NCBI GenBank assembly: GCA_002633005.1 | Contig: NMRA01000141.1 | Span: forward strand, 235,609-299,608 | DNA: 64,000 nucleotides | Source: Phoronis australis | Lineage: Eukaryota; Animalia; Phoronida | Direction of reading: 5' to 3' | In this document: positions 52,801-64,000 of the stretch, in pieces | Layout of the letters: every line of letters begins with the position of its first letter | How positions within the stretch are numbered: the stretch's first letter is position 1 | The notes under the pieces: generated by a model | The model's database searches: none | What the model was told of the DNA's origin: nothing | Seen by the model: only the letters and a program-made list of their open reading frames with translations | Position numbers and translations under genes: made by a program

Positions 52801-55800
52801 TCATACCATGTTCACGTTGTCATTCTGCAGCAGTATAGGCACGTCCGATGCACGTCGTTGCTTGGGAACTTTATCTGCAACCAAACCAAGCACAACGTGA
52901 ATAATATAATATGTACCCTAGGCTCATTTAAATTTTCCTAATTCACATCAGAACAATCTAAAGCAGCTTTCCATGAGAGACAGTCGCCACCGTGTCAGTA
53001 GTCCCGGCACGACTTGTTCCATTTTAGGCGCATTTACACGACATTAGATTGTAAACTGGATCAGGAGTCACTTACAAGACTGTATGCGCATGCTCGCATA
53101 AACAATAGCGAATGTCCAAACCACATGGAATGCCAGCTGATCACCCATTACACATTACTGCGCAAGTGCATTGAAAGAAGATCCATTTCCGCCCAACCCC
53201 AGCTGTATTTAGACGAGTAGTTGACACTGGAGCAACTGATCAAGAGTAACTCACTCTACCTATCAAACCGGTGTAAAAAACGGGACCCTGCGGTGTCACT
53301 CCCTCCATGTCAGTCATGTCTACACACACACTTGCACTGGAGCAGGTGTTTCGTGTTATCTGTGCTGGGTTAACTGTCTCTCGTGTAAATGTGGCTGTTA
53401 TACGAACCATGCACTCTCACTTACTCACTGGCAGCTTAGTTTTCAAAGACATAGGTAAAATTTAACAATATATCCAGCAAGCTGTCTATTCTTTCCAAGA
53501 ATATGTTTCTTTGTGGTATAATATGTAGATTTTGCCATTAGCAAACAGAATAAACAAGTGTAACGCGGAGCACTGAAATGCACCCACAAATGTACTGCAA
53601 ACGGTGTGCTTCTAGGGGTGTTTATTTGGAACATAAAAATGGCCACAAGATGGTGCAAAATACGTCGAATTCATCCGAAAACTTGTATGTGTCATCAAAG
53701 CTATTTATTAATTTCATAAAAATGAAATTGCTACTAAGAGGCTATAGGCGCAAAAAAACAACTGTCACTAAGAGGCGCCACAGTAGAAAAAGTCAACGGA
53801 AAATCATTGCCATACTTCCTCTTCCCATTAGGAACAGACATGCCGATTTCCACAACCATCCTTACAGTGGTGTGATTGACAGAGGGGCAGAGGCCAAATA
53901 ACAAGACTCGAAAACAGTAAAAATGGCCACGAGGTGGTGCAACATACCACGAATCAAACAGAAGTCAACTCACAGATACCTATCTGCCCAATTTTATGAA
54001 AATCCGTTGAGGACCTTTGAAGATAGAGGTGAAATTAAAAACTAAAAATGCAACTAGGGGGCTTATTGGTAGTCAGATCCCTCCGAAAGACATCGTTATT
54101 TGTTGTCAAGCTCATATAAATGCACTTGCTAAATTTAATAAAGATCCTGCAGCAGGGCCTTGAATGACCCATGACAAAAAGAGTAAATTTTTACGGTGGT
54201 AAATACACATTTCAATCTAAACCACACCTCAACAGATCGAAAGTTACTGTGTCGTGTCGGCAAAACGCACTCATCTTAAGCAGTACCTGACATCTATTTC
54301 AGCAACAGCAATGAAGGCAATTAGATGCAACGAAAGATATTTTTTGATATTGAAATAATAAAGATAATGATGAAAAATTTGCAATGTGAGTGGCAGGAGC
54401 TTATTCTTAATTTGCTGCAGGGAGAGCTATAAAATTATTTTCAATTCTTATAATTACGATCCAAAATTACAAAAAAAATTATCCACTTTTCCACGAAATA
54501 TTCAGTCTACTCCACGCATTTTTTACCAAAGAATCGCACTATTTATCACCGCGATTTTATACCAAATGCAGACGCCATTGATGAACCACGCTATACCAGG
54601 CACAGGCACTTGAATTTATCTGTTCCTCGATTGCCAATGACGTCACTCACTAATAAGAAAACATGTTTCTTATTAATGGTTACGAGTCATCGGCAAATTC
54701 GAGAGCCTGTGATCCGCAATTACAATTTTCGTTCCTCCGAAACATAAAGAGCAGTTGCGGCTTTTCAAGTCGTCAGCAACGCCGCGGTGAGAAACCAATT
54801 CACCGCGATAATTTTATGGCAAATCCGATTTTTCCGCGGAAATATAACAAACAAAAGCGGAAATCCGAGTTTGCGCGGACAATTACAAGCCTTGCTGCAG
54901 AGGGTTTCGGAGAAACAGCCATGGGCATAAAAAATCGCCACTAGGGGACGCCACAGTTATTAAGGTCGTCAGAAAATCATCGGCAGCCCTCCTCCTCCTG
55001 CTGATTTCCACAATCATCCTTAGAGTGGTTTCGTTGACAGAGGGGCAGATGCCAAAAACAGACTCGAAAACAGTAAAAATGGCCACAAAGCGGCACAAAA
55101 AGCCTCCAATTTAACCGAAACCGGATGATGGCACCACCTCACTAATAGGTGCTTATCTGCCAAATTTTACGAAAATCTAATGACAACCTTTCAAGATACA
55201 GACTCTGAGGTAAACGTAAAAAACTAAAATTGCCACTAGGGGGCACACCAATAGCCAGATTCGTCCGAAAGTCATCGTCCACTGTTGTCAAGTTCATGTA
55301 AATACACCAGCAAAATTCAATAAACATCCTATGGAGCGTTTAAGAGATACAGCCATGGGCGGAAAACGAACGAAACTGCCACTAGGAGGTGCCATAGTAG
55401 TCGATGTCATCAGAAAATCATCGTCAGCTGAACAATTTACAGTATGAACATATACGCCAATTGTCAAAATCATCCCTAAAGCAGTTTGGTTGAGCGGCAG
55501 TCGCCGAAAACAGACTCCAAAACAGTAAAAATGGCAATTAAATGGTGTTAAGTACCTCGAATCCGTCCAAAAACTTAACTGCCAAATTTTATGAAAGTCC
55601 GTCGAGGATCTGCAAAGATACACTAGGGGGCATACCGGTGGTCGGAGAGGTCCGAAATTCGTCATCATCTGTCATTAGCTTCATAGGAGGACATCTGCCA
55701 AATATCATCAAGATCCTGTGAGGGGTTATATTCATTGTCCTCTATCACCAGCCAATAAACCCGCCCACTCATCAAAAGCCCCTCCCCACTTACCAACTTG

Positions 55801-58800
55801 CTGTAGTACCAGGTACTGAAGTATATCACTCAGTGATACCACGCCCACCACATGGTCTTCATCGTCCACTACCACCAGCCTGTGAACCTCAGCCTTCACA
55901 ATCCTCTCCATCACTGTGCTGAGTGAATGGGTTGCAAGACACTTGGCAACACCCTCAAAGTCCTAAGAAATAAAACTGACTATTGATCAAACGAGCAACA
56001 AATATGTTCTTGAAAAAGCTAAAGACACTTCAAAATTTCCCGAATCTCACTCAAACAATAACCATCTCAAAGAAAATGCATAGCAATTGCTGTATTCTGC
56101 ACAACCGCTCTTCTCGGCTGAGAGGTAAGATTAGTATGTACAACGGTGGCGCTGTGTGCACGACTGGCTTCACGGTCTTTTGCCCTTCAGAACCCTTGGG
56201 AATGGGTGAAATGTGACATGCCACATCCATGGATATTTATCAGACTTCCTTGAATTGGCACTGCATCCCCAGGCACAGCATTAATACTTTTCTGACATAA
56301 AATATAAAGTATTCAGATGACAGACGCTAACATGTGAATCTCCATAGGAGCGAAAGCGAGGCTGCTGACCTGCCTGTCGCTATTTCGTATCTCACGGCAT
56401 GGGAGAGCAATCAATGCGGAAGGCGAGAATTGTTACAATCCACAAAATAATAGTTACCGGAAAGGCTCATTCAGTTGATTATCAATACTAGGAATGACCA
56501 AAACATTGTAGAATGACCAAAACATTGTTGAAAGCATCGTCACATTGACTATTAGTTGTCACGGAAACGAACATTTCCTGTACAAAGGTCAGAAATAATA
56601 AAGCAAAGATGGGAAGACTACTCACGTTCTGTCGATACTTCAAAGCTTCAGATATTGGCACATCTAAATTGTTGTAGGTTTTTTCAGCAGCAACGTTCTG
56701 GAAATCACAAGATCAGTGCCGTGAAAAGCATTGCAAAGAGCAACTGATGTCAGTCTGATGATCACATGTGACTAGCTCAACGATTAATCATCGTAAGAAC
56801 ATCGAGTTGACTAACATGGGAACACACGTAATGCAAAACGGGCAAATCAACGACAACAAAGGGAACAACTTTCTACATATATGTGAGTGTTGCAGTCGGA
56901 TTACAATTCTTCACCCCGGTATTTCTGAACCACACGAGATAGCACAGGGTGTACACTCACGCCTAAGGCCAGTGCACTATGTTGGGATATTTTGAAACAA
57001 TTTCCAATGAGAGCATGGAAAGTGTCTCACACTCTAGACACCACTTAGACTTTTGGGGCCACCAAGTCTTTGTTTTGACCGTGACATCTACTCCCATTTA
57101 GCAGTTGTAGTTCAAACTTTAAAAAATACTTGACTTTATTGAAAAACACCATAAGGGTTGTTACTTGAATTTATTAAAAAACACCATAAGGGCTGTTACT
57201 TGAATTTATTAAAAAACACCATAAACTCAGAACAGTGCAATTTTTAGGCACATACATGAGCGCAGTAAAATTCTTCAAATTGAGACAAAATAAGACATTT
57301 TTATTTTACCAACTTCTCAACAAAGGTAACTTTATGAAAAATTAATTTCCTTTTTGTACAACATAGCTGTCACCAAACAACCTTTGGTAAGATTCTGCAC
57401 ACAGTAGTAAGCCTCAATTTTAGCAATTATTTTTGTTCCAAATGGAAGAATTTGACCCTAATAATGGTTTTCATGTTCAAAGATGATGGACAAGTTCAGG
57501 TCCTAACAGCACCACTTTGTAACATACAACACTTCGTCTTATTTCCAACACACCCTATTCTTCCATCTCACAGTTCCAACACACCCATACCCACCCACAC
57601 CAACACACTTATGCATATGTATATATATTTATATACATATCACACTAATTTTGAAAAGAAACCAGCAATACTTCCATGAAGCAAGATCTAACTTACAATG
57701 ACATCAAATTTAGCATATATATTGACCACTTTGTTCTCCTCGTTGACAACAGGTAACGCTGATATCCGCCTCTCCACGAAGAGGTTCAGTGCGGTAATCA
57801 CAGGTGTTTGTTCAGTGGCCTGCAACATAGACGATTAAATCACTTTCTTCCAATCAACACATCAAGGGGTGTCTTTCTGTACCCCTTCTCAATTACTACA
57901 TAAATCACTTAGAGAGCAACTTTAAGCCTCAAAAAAGAAACATGTGGATGTTAATAGTGCAAACAGCTTACCGTTGCAATGTTTTCGTATGTGCCTATCT
58001 CTAATTCTTTCAAGGATTTGTTAACATAACTTGGCTTTGGTAAGTCGTGAATCTGCAATAAAAAGATGACATTAGTCATAGTGCAGCAGAAGTGCTTGTG
58101 AATACAGAGATCAGCAGGTTAAGCCTGACCGCCATTAAGAGAAATTGTTACTTAAGAACTGGACAAGAGACTACTGCATCAAACAGTAGTTCCAGCTAGT
58201 GTTCTGTAACAGAATCGACACAATCCCATTAGCTGACTTGCCATTTCATTGACTAGTAAAATACCCTAAGAGGGCTTCAAGACTCAAAATGTCTACGAGC
58301 CACATAGTTAACTTTGATTCATTTATGCGGCAAAATTAAAACCTCAGTTAAAAATTGCAAGCCCCATCCGTGTGGCAGATAACTAATCTGTACTTGCGTG
58401 ACAAAATTAGCTGGTTAACAAATGCAAGGCCACAGTATGACTTGCTCAATAGCTCGTTCACGAGAAATGGTGCTTTGGTAAGAGTAGTCACTCTTTACTT
58501 ACAACAAAAAGGCCTACTCACATGCAAGTATAAAAACCTAAGGATTCTCTTGTGTGTGAGTATGTAGAGGGCATTGCCAGTGCTGGGGTCGATGATGGGG
58601 AGGCGATGAACCTTGCGGTGGCACAGGACACGGATCGCCTTGTACAGGCTCTCGTGGGGACTGATGCAGACGAACGGCTTCAGGTATTCCTTGAGCACAT
58701 CTGTGACGGAGACGAAGGAAATATGCAATACAATATGATCAACTTACCCCACTTGTCCTTGATAAGCCCCTTGGTTCAATCATAGATTATAGACAACAGA

Positions 58801-61800
58801 TTTGCAACTCCCGATATTTTCTTGCGTACTATCCTAGAGGAGGCACCACTCTCCTAAATTACCAATTTCAGATTCCGGTTAGTGTATTGTGATGGCAAAA
58901 TCTCGCATCAATTTTACTGTCCAATACCATGAAAAAAAATTTTGGCATTGAAACACTTTCACAGTCTTCTAATAACAGTACTTTTGACACCCGACCACAC
59001 AACAGCCGACCATGAACAGCAGACGGCGTACTTGTCGGAAGTAAAACTTCTTAAGTTTACCAGGTGTCACTAGTGAATAATTACGTCACGGCTTATGCGC
59101 AAGATCACAGATTTCGTCCATTGAAAATACAAGGAGTTGGCGGTCCATGTACTATAGTCTACAGTTCAATTTAAAGCCCACCCCAAATTGGACTTGGGGC
59201 CTGTTTCATTTACAACTACAGGAGTTTGGTCTTCTGCTCCACACTACTATTTCTAAAAATGACTAAATTTCACTTGAGCAAAAGCACAGTCTTCGAGAAT
59301 GTGCAAATAACTACTAGTTACCGAGACGATTTCTAACGTAAAGCAGTTACGCGCTCATTACCTAGATAAAACTTTTATTCACCAACTGAAATGAGAGCAC
59401 AACAACAAGTTACTGCAGGCTAATTACTTATCTATGTGATTGTTAGGCCATGTATATAGCGTGGAAGTGAATATGAAGCAGCTGGAAAGAAGCCAAATAT
59501 TTTTACGAAGGCGTTTTGTGTCGAAAATGGCCCGCCACAAATCACTGAACCGTGTCCAGTAAGTATTGTGAAGTGGTTCTAGGGAATAACTTTTGCACTA
59601 ATGACGGACCACTTATGGCCCGCGAGGTCATTCGTGCAAAGGTCACCATATACAGAATATTTTGTTTTCACATTTACAAAATGTCAATGAATACAACTGC
59701 ACTTTGTTTAGTGTAGCGTTTACTGTTTAAGTTAATATATTTTCATGAAACAGACCCCAGGATGTTTACCCTGGTAAGTATGGTTAAGTTTCTAAAAGGA
59801 CTGCCACTACAGTCACTACCAAGACTGAGAATAAACACAGAGACTATACTGAGTAGGGAAAAATTGACTATTTCGAGACAGATATGTTGGCGCTAGTTCG
59901 ATTTCCATGTAGAGACTTTCAAGTTTTTGATACAAGGACTGATTTCTGATTTTATACAATTGAAGTAGGGGCCGAGTGTAACGCATTCGTTGCTTATGAG
60001 GTTATAGGTTATGGGTAACAAAAATACTTTGTTTTAATTGAGAGTAGGCCATTTTAACTTGACTACATGTGACTTGAAATGGTTACAAACAACAGCCTAC
60101 TGCTCCATGTCTTCACCTACCCTTCCATGTCTCCACCTACCCTTCCATGTCTCCACCTACCCTTCCATGTCTCCACCTACCCTTCCATGTCTCCACCTAC
60201 CCTTCCATGTCTCCACCCATCCCTCCAGGTCTCCACCCACCCCTCCATGCGTGTACCTACCCCTCCATGTCTCTATCTTGTGGTCCTCCAATTCATCTAG
60301 TTTCACCAGTGGTGACTTGTAGTACTTTTGTAAGATTTTGATGAAGTCCGTCACCGTCAACATGCCCACGTAGTCCTGCTTGACAGAGTCCCACAAGGGA
60401 GCAGCACGCACACCGTTATAGACCAGTGCAAAAAATGCCTTTTTTACCTGGGAAAACAGTATGAAGTGAGCGTCAAACAGTGACAGGACATAAAAGGAAG
60501 CCACTAACAGCGCAAGGAATTCTTGAAATTGCTAGTCGCTGTGATCATCACCAGCCGTGGAAAATGGTTAAATACCATTATTTTGATGAAATTAACTATC
60601 GGTTGATACTCACATTAAGCTGTGTGTCAAACACTACGAGCTTTGAGCTGGTCGGGATGAGATCGTAGCACTTGTGAGCCTTCATGAACTTAGCAAATGC
60701 CTGCTCGTCCTCTTCATCTGAAAACCAATCAGGTGATTTAGATAATGAAAGACACGAACTCCACACACTGCCCGTGAACTGGCACCGAAAAATACAGCAG
60801 ACCCGAGGCTACTGCCACTAAAGTTGTATCAGTTGAGACGACGGCAACGAGCAGACGAGATGTGCTTCAAATAGAAGACTTGGTGGGTTTCCAAACTTAG
60901 CAGATACAGTACCAAGCCAGAAGTATTCAGACAAAAAGACCCGGAGTTCCCCGCCATTACGGCTGGGAGGAAGCTGACTACATTGTCAGAGTAATCTCCC
61001 CTAATGACTGAGAATGAAGGGGAATTAACAGGAAAGTTAGCAAGGTGGCAAAGCCATTCTGTAAATTAGAATTTTGCCACTTTAATAGTTTATTGTCAGC
61101 CAGTTTTGCGCTTAGAAGATTTAACAGTCGTGACTGAAAAACGATATTTTGTCTGATTACATTTGTCTTGTACAGTAAGTGAGACGACGCCACCACTACG
61201 TAGCAGGAGTCCTATAGACCTGATTCATCCAGTTGCCAATTTAAAAGTGAGCTGCTTTTTGGGTTTTAAAAGCAATGCATTCTGCGCTTAATCACAGCAC
61301 GAAGCGTGATTTTTTTGCATGCCTCATTATATTTATGTCTCAAATGCATTGTTTTCTCAAATGCATCGTTTTCTAAACCTAAAAAGAGGCTCACTATTTA
61401 AATGGCGACTGCGTGAATAAGGTGCATAGCCCTGCACGTAGAAAACCAGCATGAGGTCTTACAAACCTCCGGTGGCTTCCTGCTGTTAAGTAATAGAGCT
61501 GTGTTTCAGAAAACAAAAAAAGCTTTCGCGAGAACACCTAATGCAATAACCTGTTTCGTTTGTAATGCATGGCAATACCCAGCGAAGTCTTGCATTTCTG
61601 CGAGATTCAAGAATCAGCACAATGCAAGCCTGCTTAGCTCTGTGACGAAAAATGCCCTCTACCCAAAGACCATTGCTCAAAGATGCTAGGTCAGATAATG
61701 ACGAGTGAATTCAATCAAGACATCTTACCACAGCTGCTTTGAAAACTACACGCAGGGAAGCATGCGTTCCGGGCTCAGATAGGGGGCAATGAAATAATCA

Positions 61801-62129
61801 TCTCAGCCATGACCATAAACCCTTTACCAAGCTGTGTTTAGCTGCCCAGTCCAACAAAGACAGTTGTATCATTAGAGCAGGGTACACAGAGACCGTACTT
61901 TCCCTGATCTGTCATGCCAATTTCAAAAGCATTATTGTGTGTGAACACGACACCCATGAATTACAACCTTCTGTAGAATTTTAAGCCACCATGGGAGGAC
62001 TAGTTACGTCCTCCAAGTCCCAAAATGCATCCACATGATCATAAACAGTAGATGGCGTAACCGCTTAGCGCACTCACCCATGTCTTCAATCTCCATTCTG
62101 TCGAGTTCACAAGCATCTGTACTGTGCCA
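52801..62129 (-). CDS. PRKAG: 5'-AMP-activated protein kinase subunit gamma (four CBS domains), 5'-partial; exons 62129-62078, 60717-60614, 60447-60261, 58700-58522, 58052-57972, 57819-57697, 56697-56626, 55962-55794, 52874-52801
   Basis: Translation contains [92 protein letters not shown] and SLSDIL, all diagnostic for AMPK gamma. Phases are consistent. The first and last listed exons are less certain than the CBS exons. Confidence 0.95.
53553..55728 (+). mobile_element. Pearl/HINE-like element, copy 3, in the last PRKAG intron
   Basis: AACAAG start, same head and ~11 internal units; split by a 742-bp insertion. Confidence 0.7.
54153..54894. mobile_element. Nested non-autonomous DNA element with 6-bp target-site duplication
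   Basis: CTGCAG duplicated at 54147-54152 and 54895-54900; imperfect TIRs CAGGGCCTTGAAT / CAAGGCTTGTAAT; the host repeat resumes in register on either side. Confidence 0.7.
57127..57224. repeat. 35-bp tandem repeat, ~2.8 copies
   Basis: TACTTGAATTTATTAAAAAACACCATAAGGG.TGT repeated. Confidence 0.8.
59196..59758. mobile_element. Harbinger-like MITE in a PRKAG intron
   Basis: TIR GGGGCCTGTTTCAT / ATGAAACAGACCCC (13/14). Confidence 0.55.
60104..60272. repeat. 20-bp minisatellite, ~8 copies, overlapping a PRKAG exon donor
   Basis: Unit CTCCACCTACCCTTCCATGT; the terminal unit is the real splice donor at 60260. Confidence 0.9.
61212..61429. mobile_element. Fold-back MITE
   Basis: Imperfect ~60-bp inverted arms (CTATAGACCTGATTCA...AGTGAGC / GCTCACT...TGAATAAGGTGCATAG). 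Confidence 0.5.
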
Positions 62130-62802
62130 CTGGAAGACAAAAAGGACATCGTACAATCAGGACAACAAAAACGGATGCGAAACTCACTCTACTCAAGTAG
62201 AAGGACGAAGAGTTAAAATTCAACTGATTTTCAAATGTTAATCTATTCCGACTCTCTTTCCAGAGAAGCGTTCATGACATAATTATCTTCATGTGGATGC
62301 TATAACTGCCCTATCCTCAGCTGGGGTTTTCACACACTAACAATTCATAATTAGTGCTGGGTTTTCAATGACACTAAAGTCAGTCCGCGTCAAAGTTGAA
62401 ACCAAAGTATTCCACCAACCAATCAGAACAGTTTTGAATGCTTTTAGTTGGAGGCTTGAGTACAACAGCTCGGCTTTGATGGGTCAGTTATACACCCATT
62501 ACTACACTATTTGCAGCTCTTTTCAGTTTCAAAGCCAGTTGAAGACCACCTCAACTACACTACCAAAGCATAACTTTTCCAAAATCGTTTTTGAAATCCC
62601 TCGAGTTGTGAATGCTGACAGTTGACAGTACCAGTTTGATCACGTTGTCTCAAAACAACTACAACTTCACATCTGTAGTATGTGACAAATGAGCCCAAAA
62701 TGTGGCAACTTGAGATTCGGACCCCCCTGGACACTTTAAAAATGTGTAATCAGGTAACTAAATAACATTAGTTTCTAACATCCAAGACAAATAGCTAATA
62801 TG

Positions 62803-62879
62803 ACATGGGCGGCGCAGCACGGAAAAAAGTGAGGTGCTATAGCCCCTCCCCCCAGCCCCCTATGGTGCGCCGCCCATGT
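62803..62879. mobile_element. 77-bp mini TIR element
   Basis: Perfect 14-bp inverted repeat ACATGGGCGGCGCA / TGCGCCGCCCATGT enclosing C-runs. Confidence 0.5.
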
Positions 62880-64000
62880 ATAAGTCTTGACCAACAACCT
62901 GACACAAAGTCACACAGCGAGGTCAGAGGTTATGCAGTCTCACCCGCACGACCAGTGTTCTCCACAACACAAAATGTAAACTTGAATTGAATTTCAAAAT
63001 TCACGTTAATGTGCTCAAAATCAATGTTTATACTGTTGGGATTTTATACGTTAAGTCTTGAAGTAAATACAGTGAACTGGTAACCAAAGTACAGCATATC
63101 CTAATTTGCTGGGAAATGACCAATCTCCCAATATTTCAAACCCGTTGCACAGGTTTTTGAACTTGACGCAAGTGAGCCAAACTTGTCATGGCAAAATTTA
63201 AATTTGACGCAGTGACGAGTCAAAACAGGTTGTGGAGAAGAACACTGAGGACTAAGTACCTGTAAAACAGGCAACACACACACATACACACACACGCACT
63301 GAGTTTAGAAAGCTTTAACCTACACACAAGGAAGGAGATAAAAAACAGTGGCGCCAAATGGTGGACAATGGACAAAACGGCAATGTCAATTACACTACAC
63401 AATATTACAAATAAAACTACCAAACAAAAACTGAAACTAAGGGGTATCAGATAAGTCTATGCAAAAATTGTCAATTTTATACAAGAGTTAAAAATCTATA
63501 GAGTTGTATAAATACGCGAATAAGAAAGTCAGTCCAGACATATGCATAAGCAAGACATGTTTGCAATGCGTAATTCAGCTTCAGATAGCTGCCAACACCA
63601 ATGTGACTATGTGGAGCTCATGCTTAGACAGGAAGCTATCAAAACAGGCCATGTTGAGCTCACACAACTAAACTAAAATTGCTTAAAAACTGCCGGGACC
63701 GGCAGTAGTTGCAGACTAAACAGGTCTCAAAAAAGTAGACAGGAAATGTGAATCGAAATGGGTGCTGTGAGTAAATTCAGCGAAATGGGCTAAAATCATA
63801 GGTGCAGTAACAGGGTCCACGAATTAACAGACAGGGTACACAAGCTTCCTCTGTTAACAGAACAAAACAAATCTCCATCACAGGTTGTTAGAACTGACCA
63901 GTAACATAACAATATTAAGTTCAATAATCGTGACACTTGCCACAAAAACAATCATTCCAAGAACCATCCACAACCAAAAGTGAAAAAAATTAATGTAAAC

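Noticed and set aside
60038-60341. Pro/His-rich plus-strand ORFs
   Set aside because: Translations of the 20-bp minisatellite antisense to PRKAG.
63101-63259. Additional upstream PRKAG exon after a strong acceptor at 63260
   Set aside because: No convincing donor or recognisable homology could be assigned; left unresolved.

Overview
AT-rich eukaryotic (marine-invertebrate-like) genomic DNA with four assembly gaps. Three intron-containing genes were reconstructed by hand, all on the minus strand: (1) INSIG (~8.5-16 kb), with a U12-type intron, an SRE/CCAAT-like promoter and a predicted overlapping uORF; (2) a complete 13-exon, 666-aa PLAT-domain lipoxygenase (22008-39068) with an unusual N-terminal MGCxxS dual-acylation motif and Ala at the Coffa position; (3) the 3' part of an AMPK gamma subunit gene (52801-62129; 5' end not resolved). 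Introns and intergenic DNA are full of mobile-element remnants. These include three copies of a Pearl/HINE-like element whose ~145-bp trimeric internal repeats each carry a CTCF-consensus-like motif in one orientation, a TTAA-flanked Kolobok-like element with a decayed P2X7-ballast-like Cys-rich ORF, an Academ-like Cys8 remnant, LINE fragments, a probable solo LTR and several MITE families. Most ORFs in the supplied track are spurious. All family assignments come from recognising motifs by eye; no searches were run.
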